A DNA stretch of 64,000 nucleotides, from positions 3,410,001 through 3,474,000 of the forward strand of contig CAVNZM010000006.1 in NCBI GenBank assembly GCA_963693365.1, read 5' to 3'. Below the pieces are notes generated by a model. The model worked only from the letters and a program-made list of their open reading frames with translations, was not told the DNA's origin and searched no databases. A program made the translations under genes and the position numbers. This DNA comes from Amoebidium appalachense (lineage: Eukaryota; Protista; Ichthyosporea). Of this stretch, positions 13,859 to 63,457 are shown piece by piece. The stretch's first letter is position 1. Each line of letters starts with the position of its first letter.

Positions 13859-15020
13859 TCAAATTCCTGCGGCCCGTGCGCAATGCTGCGCAGCATTGCA
13901 GCCTGTGTGTATAGTGTACCGTTTACTAAGGGCAAAACCGGTACCAGATAAAAACTAAAAATGAGCACACTTTCTGTCTGTTGCACTGTGGTTTGTACGC
14001 ATCGTATTATGTGTGAGAAATCCGCTGCCCGGAGGCCATGTGTATGCATCAATGCATGCTGCACAAACCGCGCCGGCATGATCCAAAGCTGTGTGGCTCG
14101 GACACGTGGCCACGTGTGCATCTGCTTTGGTTTTATGCTTACTTTTGCAAAACCGATGGCATACACAATCGTTTTGAGACTTGTCTGTTTGATAAAGTAG
14201 AAATAACGACAATTGTATGTTTAACCAAAAATCACCTTTTGATATTTTCTCATCCAGCGGCTGTGATGTTGAGTCAAGCCGTGCCCCGCAGAAAGTTTGT
14301 ATGCGCCATCAACGGCTTTCATTGGCTTGGGAGGAACCAATCCCGATTGCGCTAGTGTTACAGGGCTCGAAATACTGCGTTAGCCTACTTTCAAGGAATC
14401 ACGACTTCATCACAATTGTATAATAATAACGGTTCGCCGGATTCAATATGATATTGTTACTTCTTGTTTAGTTAGAGTTCATTATGAAGAGGTAAGCCTG
14501 CTGCCTGACACGAGGCAGGAGGTTGTGGTTAGTTAATTCATCGCTTTCAACTCGCACAGTCGCACTATGTAATACACCCCTTATCAGCTTGGAATTCACA
14601 GGAATGCCACAGCTGCCAAGCCTGCAGGCTGCAATGCCCGCAGAGCTGGGGACTGCCGAGCTAGGACGGCGGAGCACCCAGTAGGATGGCAGTATACATG
14701 TGGGAATAATGGATTTTTCTGTATGTTCGTTCTCAATGTACGCTATCCAGTATTACTAAGCACACATTTCTTTCTGGCGGCCACCTCTGCCATTATATGG
14801 CCATATGTTGTCCAATGGCTCACCAGATGATCGATCGTATGGATTTATCTAATATTACATGTGTGCTTGCAACTAGCTAGTCGCCCTCCGTGACATGCGT
14901 ACAAAGCTCAGGTTTACAAATAATAAAAGCAAAAACGATGCAAAATTTAGTTTATATACATATATGTGTGTGTGTATATATATATATATGATATGTACAC
15001 GTGAGCTGTTGCGCATCTGA

Positions 15021-15083
15021 GGTATTCACGTGAATACCGGTGTAATCTCTTGTTCTCTATTGGGCGATCTGTCTTCCAATAGG
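15021..15083. promoter_or_regulatory. Palindromic E-box plus ATTGG/CCAAT pair, right copy, upstream of the ferric reductase
   Basis: Perfect 18-bp palindrome GGTATTCACGTGAATACC followed by CTATTGG...CCAATAGG, 600 bp before the ATG at 15684. Confidence 0.55.
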
Positions 15084-15683
15084 CATCATCTGCTGCTGGA
15101 CCAATGGATGTGCGTTTGAACGTCAACTGTGCGCAACACCTACACGCGTCTGGCGTGGCATCACTGATTCACCGTGCATTCACGTCTGCGGCTGCATGCC
15201 CCCCCGGCATGTTGCCTTTTCTTTCACTCCAGGCTTCTGCAATATCCCAAACACTATACTAAACTTAGTTTCTGTAATGATTAGCCGGTGATAATGAGAT
15301 GTAGTATTATGATATTAATCCCTCACACTCCATTGAGGTTTACAGATCAAATGTCAGCTACGCGTACTGCACATACGCCCAGCTGCATGCCTGCCTCGAG
15401 ATGCATGCGCAACTTGCGTTCACCCTAAACATTACGTGTGAAATAGTGTCGTATACGTATGACTCATGACCCTTGCTTACTAATGTTGAACACTGTGAAA
15501 GGTACTCACGGACCCATCCCGGAAGTGTACACGTGCGCATGTTTACTACGTACGACATAAAACCACCTTTCATCCAAGCCCTCCGACAGTTCAAACCCAC
15601 GGCTGTCGAATGCTCCACTGCATAGGCAAGTGACGCCATACTTGAACGCCCGTGTCCCTGACGAAATACACACCTGAGACACG

Positions 15684-17698
15684 ATGTGCAAATCAAGTGA
15701 CACAACCACCCCACCGGGGGCGCAGCCAGCATCCCTTCAGCCCCTTCAAGTTTCCAGAGGTGAAAAAAGAGACCCCATCAAGGACTTCGCCGACGTCGAG
15801 CCGAACGCCAACCAAACCATCTCAGTTGCATCCTCTAACAATGTTTCTGGGGAAAATAGCCAGCCAGCCACGGGCACATGTACAACGCCACCCCCCAGCT
15901 CCAAGGGTCTGCTCTCGCACGTATGGTGGGTCCTTCTGCGCCTCGAGGCCGCGCGTGACTGGGTTCGTCTCTGTCTCAGCCACCCATGGCTGACCCAACC
16001 TCTCCTCGGTAACTTCCTCACAAAACATTTCATGGACATCAACATCATTGAGCTTGCTGGCTGTGCAATTTTTGTCTGGCTGGTTATGTTCTGGCAGGGG
16101 GCACAGAGACACGAGCGGGGTGCGGGGTTGGCCATCATCACGGCGTTCGTTCTTGGTACGGTGCCGCGCAACTCTGTGTGGCAGGCTCTGCTTGGTGTGT
16201 CATTTGAACGAATGATCAAGTATCACCGCTGGTCCGCAACATTTTCTCTCATCCCAATCCTGCTCCATGCGCTGGCCTACAACGCCTTCAAGACGTGCAC
16301 GGGCCAAATACTTCCCCCCAAGCGCCCAGGAGGAAAGCCACGGCTTGACACAAGATGCTTCTGGGGTGACGACTTCCAAAGCACCGGTATGTATGACCAC
16401 TTTCCATGCCCCCCCCCCCCCCCCCCCCCCCCCCTCCAGCAAGAAGAAAAAAAAAAAATAAAAGGAAAGAAAACAAGGGAATTAAAAAGAAAGAAATTGA
16501 ATGGCCGTAAAGAAAAAAGCCAAATTGGAATGAAAAAGAGGGCCAGCAACTCTAAACACAGAGCACTACAAACGTACGCGTTACGAAGAAAATAGGCAAC
16601 TTATTGCTTATCCCTACACCACCACAGGATTTGTCGCCATGCTGGCCTTCTTCATCATGTTCCTCACCTCTCTCCCCATCGTCCGTCGCCGCGGCTTTGA
16701 ACTTTTCTACTACACGCACTCTCTCTTCATTGCCTTCATCGTTGGCTGCTGGCTGCACTTCCCCACCATGAAGTGGTACATTATCCCCCCACTGGCGCTC
16801 TATGGTGTCGACCGCGTCTTCCGATTGGTGCAGAGCAGATTCTTCACTGGTCGCGTCCAATCAGTGCAGGCCTTGCCCGGGGGGGTCACCAAGATTGTTG
16901 TTGATAAGAGCACCGTCAAGCACCTCGGCTACAGGTTGGCATCCCCCCCCCCCCCCCCCCCTCCCCCCGCGGACACCAAAGTACACGCAAAACCTATGAA
17001 ATACAGCTGCAACCATTCCAGCCAGCCGTTTGCAAAATGCAGAGTTTGTGTGTTGGACCTGATATTCGCAAAGATCGTGAAAAGGCATTTCTTGGGGCTG
17101 TGAATTGACCGGGCGTCCTAAGAAAAGATTCATACGAAATTTTATGGAGGTGCCTATTTATAATCTGCCAGCAATCGACCGAAAAGGTATCTCTGGGTCT
17201 AAGACTTTTTTTCAATATTATGGGGCCTCGGCTGGGCGCGATAATCTTCCTCCAATATTGGATATTACCCACCACACATCGTGGATGTTATTCTAACTCC
17301 TCCGCACTCACAACATTACAGGGGTGGACAGTATGCCTTTGTGTGCTTCCCTGACGTTTCGTCTCTCCAATGGCATCCTCTGAGTATCGCCACGTGCCCA
17401 ACGGACAACGCTGTGGAATTTTATGCTCGTGGGAGTGGGCATTGGTCACGTGCCCTTGCCAGTGCTCTGCAGGTCGGCAGCAAGATGCAGGTGGAGGGGG
17501 GGTACGGGGCACCCGGGACTCCCCTGCATCTGACTAGGACAGTGGTGCTTGTGGCTGGTGGGTTGCCCCCCCTTCCCCCCCCTCCCGGTTCCCCCTCTCT
17601 CCCCACCCCTCTCCCCGTCCCCCCCCTTCCCCCTCTCTTTGCTCTCTCTCCCTCTCTCTCTCTTTCCCTCTCTCTCTCACCCAATTGAGGCTCTCTCT

Positions 17699-17761
<63 letters not shown>

Positions 17762-18514
17762 CCCCCCGAGGCTCTCTCTCTCTCTCTCTTCTCCCTCTCT
17801 CTCTCCCCCGACCCTCCCCCTCCTCCTCTCACCCCCTCTCCCCCCAACCACCCGAGTCTCAGGCCTCTCGGAGCCTCTACATATTTGAAACTTAGACATG
17901 AAGGGCTCAAGATTGACAAGTGCTTTGCCCCCCCCATAAGCTGTGAGATATTCACACAAAGCCTAAAACTCAGGCATAATTCCAATCATATACCCGCGGT
18001 CACAGACTGCTAATAACCGTGCCCATGTGCAGGCGGCATTGGTGTTGTGCCCATGGTGTCGACCATCAGAGACATTGTGGCCAAGGCAGGCAGCCCCCAG
18101 CAGGTGCAACGAGTGAATGAGATTGTGCTCGTGTGGGCCGTGCGCCATGCAGCCGAGCTCACGTGGTTTGCACGTAATTTGGAACACGTGCGCAGCGTGG
18201 CAACTGACCGCGGAATACTCCTTCGCCTTCGGTACTACGTCACAGGCACACGACAGGAATCGGGCAAGGAAATCAACACACCAAGTGAAGTAATTGAGGA
18301 GGGTGTTTCATTGGCGATCAATACAGGTCGGCCAGATGTGCGGGGTGTGCTTGCCGACATCCGGGCGACACTTTCCTTATTAGGAAGCGGTCATGTGGTG
18401 GGTGTGCACGTGTGTGGTCCGGACAGTCTGGCATATTCCACGCTCACGGCATGCACACTCGAAACCAGCCGCAAGGTGACGTTTGCCGGCAGCAGAGAGA
18501 GTTTTGAGCTGTGA
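15684..18514 (+). CDS. Ferric/cupric reductase (FRE/FRO, NOX-family flavocytochrome); exons 15684-16386, 16628-16934, 17322-17557, 18033-18514
   Basis: Heme His pairs YHRW...LLH and YYTH...WLH, FAD motif QWHPLS, VEGGYG, NADPH motif VAGGIG formed across a splice junction, VCGP and terminal ESFEL. All GT-AG introns are phase-compatible. Confidence 0.93.
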
Positions 18515-19015
18515 TTGGCTGCAAATCATGGTTATCACCGATCTAGGGGGCGGAAAGGCCTCACATGACCGGGTTTTTTGCATCTCGGACTGTGTTTGAC
18601 TGTCAGACAAGGAGCGTTATTTGTGCCGGTTGTTGAAATGTGTGACCAACGTTTATTGTACGTGACTGCTGCAATACACGTCGTGGTGATTTGATTAGAT
18701 ATCTATAACACTTATAGAGTATTGGATTAATTGGGCACACGTTTCATACGGTGTGATTGTGGAGAGCAGGGCAAGTCATTCGGAAATCTGAAGTAGCGGG
18801 GGGCACAATTGATATGCCGTGCCACGGAGCGAATTTCTCGAGCCTGAAAATGAAACATTTGTGAAGAACTCATAGATAGTCGATATCAACAAACCAGTTT
18901 AAACATGCGCGTAGGCTGCATCAGTGTATGCACCAAATAGTATGGAATGAATCGTGCAATCTGATTGGCTGGTCCCATCAGTGCATCTAAACCCATGTTG
19001 CCACGTGTACAGTAA

Positions 19016-19062
<47 letters not shown>

Positions 19063-19359
19063 CTTCCTTCCCCTCCGTTTGCCTCCCAACCGGTACCATC
19101 ACCACCACTATCATACACACCAGTGTAAGGGCGTCACACGATGCACACACTTGAACCAAAGACTGTTGCGCATGCGGCCACTTCCTCCAACACAATCCTT
19201 CGAATGTGCACGGTATGTACAGTACTGTACTGTATGCCCCTCATATTCCATAGCAGCATTTTTGATCGGAAGCAATATCTATCCCCCCTCCCCCTCCCCC
19301 CCCCCCCCACCACCACCACCACCACCCCCCCAACCCTACCTAACCCACATAACATGGAT

Positions 19360-19394
<35 letters not shown>

Positions 19395-19676
19395 TTCCTC
19401 CTTCCCCAACACACGCACACACACACACTTAGTAATGCCATCGCGATCGAGGGCATATCACATTTCTTTAGACGAAAACACAAGCACGTGCACACAGATA
19501 CATACGCAGACAGGAATAAGAGCACATATGACGGGTAGAGAAAATGCCAAGGGTGTGTTCAATTGCAAGACGCATGCACCCAGCCAAATCCAATCATGGC
19601 TGTCAACAGACACCATGTGTGTGTGCGTACATGTGTGTAAACAGCTGCGCGCGCGCGTGTTTAGGACGGCGCGGGG

Positions 19677-19713
<37 letters not shown>

Positions 19714-20508
19714 CTATCAGCAATAAGGTTGGCACATAGGGTGGGCCGACCACAAAATTAGGATTTTGGCACATGTTGGTGTAGACGATATTATGTTGGC
19801 AGACATTAAGACAGACACAGCCTGATTATTTACACATACACACGTGAGTACAATCATACATACTCTTTATACATACTCTTTCCCAAACTACACACACACT
19901 AGTCCTATAACTGTACACTACACACACACAAGTACTGGCACTGAAGTATACAAACCCTAGTTCTACAGTATGTTCCAAACATACTGGTGCTATAAATAAA
20001 ATGATTCCATTTACACGCTAGCACAACAGTACATGCTGCGTAGCCATATATAGCTACACACACACGAGTAGTATTCTACGCACTCACTAGATAATATTAT
20101 ACTACACCATATACACCACTCGCCCTACAGGATGCAGTAACGGCGGCAAGGCATAGATACCAACAAAATAAATGCAAAAGTGTAACCTTACCGGGCTGAG
20201 GCAACGATATACTCATCATGACATATAGATTGATTGCATGCACTACAACTTCATGCTATGATAGTACGCCTACCACATGTATGTATGTAGCACGATAACC
20301 TGAACTAGGACTATCGAATATTGTGGATTGGCACGTAGGACAATTCTTGCAGGCATATTATTAGTGGAATTACAGGAGAGTTGTTCCCTTTCTCGCTTAC
20401 TTCTCTTACAGGCACCCGACCATCAAACAAACTTTAAAAAAAAAAAGAAAAAAAAAAAGGAAATCGTTAGGCAGAACTCGAGAGGCAACGAATGACACCA
20501 ATACTAAC

Positions 20509-20539
<31 letters not shown>

Positions 20540-20704
20540 GAAACAGACACAAGCAATCACCAACATCCCATCAGCAGCTACTTCAGGCGTCACATATCAA
20601 AGCACACACCAAAAAGACATCCATGCCAACCGACCTTGAACCCATCGCGCAATCTCCCCGATTAGCGCAATCGAGCATAATCGGGTTCCATCTCCACACA
20701 CCCC

Positions 20705-27512
<6,808 letters not shown>

Positions 27513-28057
27513 ATTGAAAATTTTCGCTTCTTAAAGCAAAAACGTAGAAGGATAAATAAAGTTGTGTGGTTCAAAAGCGAAGCGTGAGTAATAACAACCT
27601 GATTCAGATGCTTCTAGATCTTAGGTTGCCTCCAAATACACAATATGTGTCTGTGTGTGTGTTATTCCGCTTTGTGTGTCTGTGCGTGCCCGTGTGTGCG
27701 TGGAGCATGCCGGCGTGCGAGAGCCTGTGCCTGAGCCTGTGCTGTGCGTATGTGTCTGCACGCGTATCAGTGTGTGAGCGTGTATGTCTATTTATGTGCG
27801 TGTGTAGTGTGCAATTGTTCGGTGGACTAAATCTTGGTGATAATCATGACCGTGTACCTCTCTTTCAAGTTATGCTGAAACGGCGGGAGCACTACCCACG
27901 GTGTGTGTTGTACCGTAGTGACCCTGGCAACTAGAGATTCACTCGTATCGGGGGGAGACGTGATACCAGCTAAACCAATAGAAAAAGCGTACCGAGAACG
28001 TATGACGTCATTGATGCTGTCTTAACCAATCAACAAGCTCGTTTTTCGTCAGACTTC

Positions 28058-28115
<58 letters not shown>

Positions 28116-28761
28116 AGAAAACAAGGGGCCGGGGACTCGGAGAGAAGAGGGGGTAGGGGGGGCAGGGAGCAAGCGAGATATAGAGAGAATTTGACAGGGA
28201 GGATGGATGCGGGGATGTCGCAAGGGAGTTCGGGGGCGAAGGAGAGGAGAAGGGGTGAGGGAATTCCGGAGGGAGGTGAACCTTGTGGCACTGGGAAAAG
28301 GCACAACTCGTTGTTTTACTGGTGGTATGGGAGGTAAAGTTGGTGCGCATAATACACAAAATTTTGCATTATACTAATTTCACGTTCGATTTCCAACCAG
28401 GCATATCACCAGAAACAGCCGCCGTAGTGTACTACTGAGGGGTGGTGGTTGGGTGCATGTTTTGAGGAAAACTTCTTGTGGTCTCTAGAGCCCTGTCTCG
28501 TGATGTCGCGCAAATATGAAACTTCTGTTCACCAATTAGACATACTTTTACTCTGCACACCGGCCTAAACCCAAGTGAGGTGAAAGAAAGGGCTATGGTC
28601 TTATGGGCGCCAGAAAACCTACAATTACAACAATATATACACATACCATGTGAAAACGCATCGTCAGGCATTCTTTTCTCTTCTTTGGCACTTAACTTAA
28701 TAAAACAAATACAAGGTTTAAACTAGATACTTGGGCATACGTAATCACCCAACGAAAACAC

Positions 28762-29637
28762 CTATTTTTTTCGGCACGTCATTTTGTGTGAAGGCCAGTG
28801 TTTGTGCTGACACGCTGGCCCACAGTAGTACACGAGCTTACATCCAGCACACATCTTATGTATCATTGAAAGGTGCTCACAGCTTGCACACTTCTTTGCA
28901 AGGGATGTTGCAATTAAAAGCTTCTGCTCTTCTGTTTCCCATTTCTGCGCCCACCCACACATGCGATGGTGATAAAGAAAACGAAGTGTGGCTAGGGTTT
29001 GGTTGCGCTGTTCGGGGTCCACATTTGATCTCGACTCGTCGAGTGACGCATCGACCGTTCTTTCGTCTAACATTGCGACAGTAAAAACGTTCGAGAAGGT
29101 TTCCTGCCTTAATTCTTTAGGCAGCTTGTTGATCATTGTCAACTTAAACTCCTCCTCGATAGAAGCGTAGGCCAGAAAAATGCGCTCTGCTCTTTCTTCC
29201 GTCGGTAAGTTCGGCAACATGTTTTCCACATCTTCACCAAGAAGAGCTCCAACCCTGCACCTAATCAACCGGACATCATGCTCGGTCACAAACCGTTCCC
29301 ATTTTGTAGTTGTGAACGCAACATCAATGTAAACTGTTGTGATGAGCTCAAAGAAGAGAAGGTCTTTGCTGGGGGCAAGGTCCAACTCAAACCCCTTGAA
29401 CATAAACTCCGGGTCATCAAACCTCTCATGTGCCCCTGCCAATTTCACTCGCATAGTCATGGCCCGTGCCTTTTCTTCCTCCGTCAAGCGGCTGCGTGGT
29501 GGGTCTGTAAGAGGGTTGCTAACATGAAGCGACGCGAGTGGTATCCATGCACTGCCAATGACACGAGTTTTTGCAGCCGCTATGTGGGAGGGAGAGAGCT
29601 GTTTTACAGCTGTTCTTTCAGACGTTGGCTTTGGCAT
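28762..29637 (-). CDS. Intronless 291-aa protein with C-terminal MYND zinc finger
   Basis: Uninterrupted complex ORF ending CASC...CAGCKLVYYCGPACQHKHWPSHKMTC. Confidence 0.88.
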   Translation of the reverse strand: MPKPTSERTAVKQLSPSHIAAAKTRVIGSAWIPLASLHVSNPLTDPPRSRLTEEEKARAMTMRVKLAGAHERFDDPEFMFKGFELDLAPSKDLLFFELITTVYIDVAFTTTKWERFVTEHDVRLIRCRVGALLGEDVENMLPNLPTEERAERIFLAYASIEEEFKLTMINKLPKELRQETFSNVFTVAMLDERTVDASLDESRSNVDPEQRNQTLATLRFLYHHRMCGWAQKWETEEQKLLIATSLAKKCASCEHLSMIHKMCAGCKLVYYCGPACQHKHWPSHKMTCRKK

Positions 29638-30353
29638 TCTCTATCCTAAATCTTGCAGCTGCAGACTTGCAGCTGTTCTGTTAGCCCCCCTGTAGTCTGG
29701 ATGATTCACATTGAATGTGAATCAATTTTGTGGCGCTTCTCAATTTCTACCCTGTGGTCAAAAAATACATGTTACTTAAGCAAAAACTTAGTTTTGGTAG
29801 TCAAAAAAACGCCCATATAATTTTTTTTGGGTGTTTATGTCTATATTTTTCATGTTACTTAGAGACGTTCGAGAGGTGGTGCGAGCTCCAAACAATGTGA
29901 ATCAATCTGAAAACAATGTGAATCAATTCGCGACTCTCGAGTCGCGACTCACACTGGATCGCGGCCGCGCCAGCCGGGGGGGCCACGTGATCCGACATAT
30001 CATACTAATTAGTGACTAAGTGACACGTGCAGCGTGCGAGGGCTTTTAATGCCGGCATGTCATAGTGCCTGCCAAATGAATAGCGTGTGTCTGTAGGTGT
30101 GTGTGTGCGCGCATGTGTGTGATCATGAGTGGGTGGGTGGGTGGGTGCCGGGTGGGTGGGTGTATGTGTGTGTGTGTGTGTGCGTGTGGCGGTGTGCACA
30201 TGTGTGTACGGTGCGCGCGCGCGCGCGCGCGCGTGTGTGTGTTCGCAGAACGTGTGTGTGTGCGACTATGATGTGTGTGTCATTATGGTGAACATTGGTG
30301 TGGCACTGTGTGTGTGTGTGTGTGTGTGTACATGTGTGCATGTGTGTGCACCG

Positions 30354-30393
<40 letters not shown>

Positions 30394-30663
30394 ATGTGTG
30401 CGTGTGTGTGTATGTACATGTGTATGTGCGTGTGTGTGTGTGCAACGGTGTGTGTGTAGTGTGCGTGTGTGTGTGTGTGTGTGTTCGTGTGTGTGTGTGT
30501 GTGTGTATATGTCTGTGTATGTGTGTATGTGTGTGCACGGCCGGGTGTGTGTGTGTGTACAAGTATGTGTGTGTGTGCCTGTGTGTGTGTGTTTGCGTGC
30601 GTGTGTGTGTGTGTGTGTGCTGTGTGTGTGTGTGTGTACATGTGTGTGTGTGTATGTGTGTGT

Positions 30664-30707
<44 letters not shown>

Positions 30708-30978
30708 CAGTGCGTGTGTACATGTGTGTGTGTGTAACAGTGTGTTGTTTGTGTGTGTGTGTTCGGTGGTTACTGTCACGGTTGGGTGATGGCAGTATCG
30801 CGTGTGTGTGGTCAGGCGGATGTTGTTGTTGTTATTAGAGAGAGGGAGGGAGGGAGGGGAGGGGAGGGGGGAGGGGGGGGGGGGGGGGGGGGGGGGGGAG
30901 GGGGGGGCAAACGTATGCACGTACTCAGCCAGGCGAGCTGCATGTTTTGCTGGTTCTTTCCCGTGTCTTATATATAGT

Positions 30979-31877
30979 GAACAAGTGTCCAAATTTGTAG
31001 ATTGCCATAATCAATGGTCGGACATGCAGGTTTGCGTACACTTGCAATTTCACGTTCAAACAAAAATTTTATTCAATGATACAGTAACTCAGCTTGAAGC
31101 TCCTTCTAAATGTCTAAACAAAGTTTTACATAGTGTTCCGAAAAATAACTGTGATACTGGTACACTCTGATCTTAGCAACACAAGAACTTATATTTACAG
31201 TAGTAGAAGACCACGAAATTTGAACTATTAAGTGTCTTACACTTGAAATTACGTAACAATCCCTCTAACGGTTAACTTGGGTATCATAGGCAATCCCCCC
31301 CCCTCCCCCCCCCCCCCCCCCCCCCTCCCGAGCCCTCCCCTCTCCCCCCCGCCCCCCCCCCCCACCACCACCACCACCGTGGCATCATACACCACCACCA
31401 CACACGCATACACACACACACACAGGGAACAAGTGTCCAAATTTGTAGATTGCCATAATAAATGGTCGGACATGCAGGTTTGCGTACACTTGCAATTTCA
31501 CGTTCAAACAAAATTTTTATTCAATGATACAGTAACTCAGCTTGAAGCTCCTCTTAAATGTCTAAACAAAGTTTTACATAGTGTTCCGAAAAATAACTGT
31601 GATACTGGTACACTCTGATCTTAGCAACACAAGAACTTATATTTACAGTAGTAGAAGACCACGAAATTTGAACTATTAAGTGTCTTACACTTGAAATTAC
31701 GTATACGTAACAATCCCTCTAACGGTTAACTTGGGTATCATAGGCAATCCCCCCCCCCTCCCCCCCCCCCCCCCTCCCGAGCCCTCCCCTCTCCCCCCCG
31801 CCCCCCCCCCCCCACCACCACCACCACCGTGGCATCATACACCACCACCACACACGCATACACACACACACACAGGG
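30979..31877. repeat. Tandem duplication, two ~448-bp units (30979-31426 and 31427-31877)
   Basis: Near-identical units starting GAACAAGTGTCCAAATTTGTAG, with a few substitutions and a 6-bp insertion in copy 2. Confidence 0.92.
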
Positions 31878-31897
31878 GCACACACACACACACACGT

Positions 31898-32043
<146 letters not shown>

Positions 32044-32187
32044 CCAAAAAAAGGGGGGGGGGGGGGGGGGGGGGGGGGGAGGGGGGAGGTGAAGGAAAAA
32101 ACACAAGAAGAACTCTTTGGTAACAGCAAAGCCTGCAAGTGACGTGACTCTAACTTAACCAATCATTTCACACTGCGACCACCGTGT

Positions 32188-32571
32188 CTACTGAGGCTCG
32201 TAATCTGCCCAGTATTCAGGTGTTTTGATATCCTTGTTCGTGTGCCATATATCGAAGCAGGATTTGGCGTTTGGATTACTGGACTTGCGCCTGAACGTCT
32301 CTAGGAGCCTGTTTTCAATATCGTCTGCTTTGAATGTTATGTCTACTTGCTTGGGGTCAAAAATACGCCATTTCCCTGAGAGAGCGGTATCCTCTGTAGC
32401 CTCGCTGCCTTCTGTATCACTCTGTGTGCTATCGTCGGAAAAAATATTGTCAAAGAAATCCGAGTCAAGTGCCCCTGCTTCGAACCCCACACAACTGCCA
32501 TCACCAAGTTCCATGCCCCCGTCCATTCTTTGTGTGCATTGTAAGAGACACCAACTACTGGTATATATCAA
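32188..32571 (-). pseudogene. Acidic ORF, possible truncated transposase N-terminus
   Basis: DSDFFDNIFSDDSTQSDTEGSE is followed by W/F-rich segments, reading inward from the element end that carries two palindromes. No DDD catalytic core is seen. Confidence 0.35.
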
Positions 32572-33327
32572 GGAGATGTGACATTATAACGGTGCAATTC
32601 AATCACGGGTATGGGAAGATGATCTACGTGCAGCTCTTTCAAGGGGCCACGGTGCGTTGCTTTGTTTACAAGAGCCAAAAAAGGCTACGTCTAAACACCA
32701 TATATGGTTTTCCTTTGTGTAACAACCAATGGTTTTCAGTCTTCGAGGGGTGTAAAGCTCAATAGATGAAACGCTGTTCAGAAGCTCATTATGAGGTAAC
32801 ATATTGCAAGGCAGCACACTTACATCAATCAGTCGATTGCAATCATTGATCATTCTATGGGTTGTCGATATCCAACTTTGTGTGCCAGCACGCCCTCGCT
32901 GCGCCGCAAAGTCCATATACAACCCATACCCAGCCGCGGGGCTTTGAAAACCATATATGTTTACTTCGCTCTTGCAAAGTTTCGACCCCACCGGGTCATT
33001 TATACGGGAAAAAACTCTGTTTTTGGAAGGGGGGTTTTGATTCACATTCAATGTGAATCACCCTAATTGACCGATTTTCCAAAATTCCCGGGATACAAGA
33101 TTGATTCACATTGAATGTGAATCAAATTACATTGGGGTTAGGCTGCAGACTGCAGCTGTTACTGTACCATTTTTATCTTTCTATTTTTACATAGTAGCAT
33201 CCTGCATGTTCGGTCACTAATAAGATAATCGGTAAATTCGGGGGGCCCGGTAGAGTCTAGAATCATGTTCCTGGGTCAGGATACGCGCAGGGGGAAGCGG
33301 GGAGGGGGGGAGGGGGGGGGGGAGGGG

Positions 33328-33380
<53 letters not shown>

Positions 33381-33681
33381 GGGGGGGGGACTGGGAAAAC
33401 CACGGGCCGGCGCAGGGGGGGGGGGGGGGGGAGGAGGGGGGGGGGGGAGGGGGGGGAGGAGGGGGAAGGACACCATGTGTATGTATGTATACTTGCTATC
33501 GCATGACATTTACGCTAGCTTGTGTTCGTCTGTTGATTCTACCCCCCCATAACCCCCCAGCCTTGCCGTACGGTAGACTTCAGATCTTAATATTTTTCAT
33601 AAAATCTAGACTCTAATATTAAAATCATAGGTGTATGATAATCTTATTAGTGAACCACTCCTGTGCATGGGCCGTGAAATA

Positions 33682-33747
<66 letters not shown>

Positions 33748-34343
33748 TATGTGTGGAGAGGGGGGAGGGGGGAGGGGGGAAGGGGGGAGGAGAGGGGAGG
33801 GGAGGCTAATGATCGAGGCAGAGGCCTCCGTATGTACATGCATGTGACTTGGCGCCACAGTCCATGTTACACAACCTTGTACACTGTCTTAGAACATTAC
33901 ATACATACTTTATTTTCATACAGGTACCGAATTATATTCCTACTTTTTTACTGGTTTATAAAAACTTTTTATTTTTTTCGCGCCAAAACTTTCCGCCAAA
34001 ACTTCTAGATATGAATTCCGTGTACTGTCGGGAAGAAGCCCCTCTCCACGTGAAACATTCATCATGATGCATACATATCTTGTACGCCCTGTTATTATTT
34101 ACAGTGCCACAAAATTCGGGCACAACTGAAGTTCCGTTTAGAACCCCCTGGCTACATATACTCATTCTACATACTAACACCGTGCTATGGCCGCACAATC
34201 AGCTTAGCAAGCTGTAACCTCTTAGTTGCCATTCATACAAACACAGTGCCTACAAGTAGAAGTCATTCACTCCACGACTCACTCTTGCTCATATTTGTGA
34301 ACATGCAATTCAAAGAATTGGTATTCATCTGCCGCACCTTCAT

Positions 34344-34374
<31 letters not shown>

Positions 34375-34581
34375 CCCCCCCCCCTCCCCCCCCCCCCCCC
34401 CCCCCCCCAAAAAAAATAAAAATAAAAATAAAAAAGAAAAAAAACCACCCGCCCACCCGCCCACCCGCCCACTGCGCCGCTCATCCCACCCAATCATACC
34501 CACACCCCATCTTTCTCTCTCTTTCCATACCCACTTCCCATCCAATCAAATTGCCGATATTCAAGCAACACATTTACGCAA

Positions 34582-63457
<28,876 letters not shown>

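Noticed and set aside
27895-27935. Helitron-like 3' hairpin followed by CTAG
   Set aside because: The stem is only ~5 bp and no matching 5' end was found.
32599-33051. 150-aa minus-strand ORF
   Set aside because: It starts inside a palindrome and spans transposon subterminal sequence with no protein motif.
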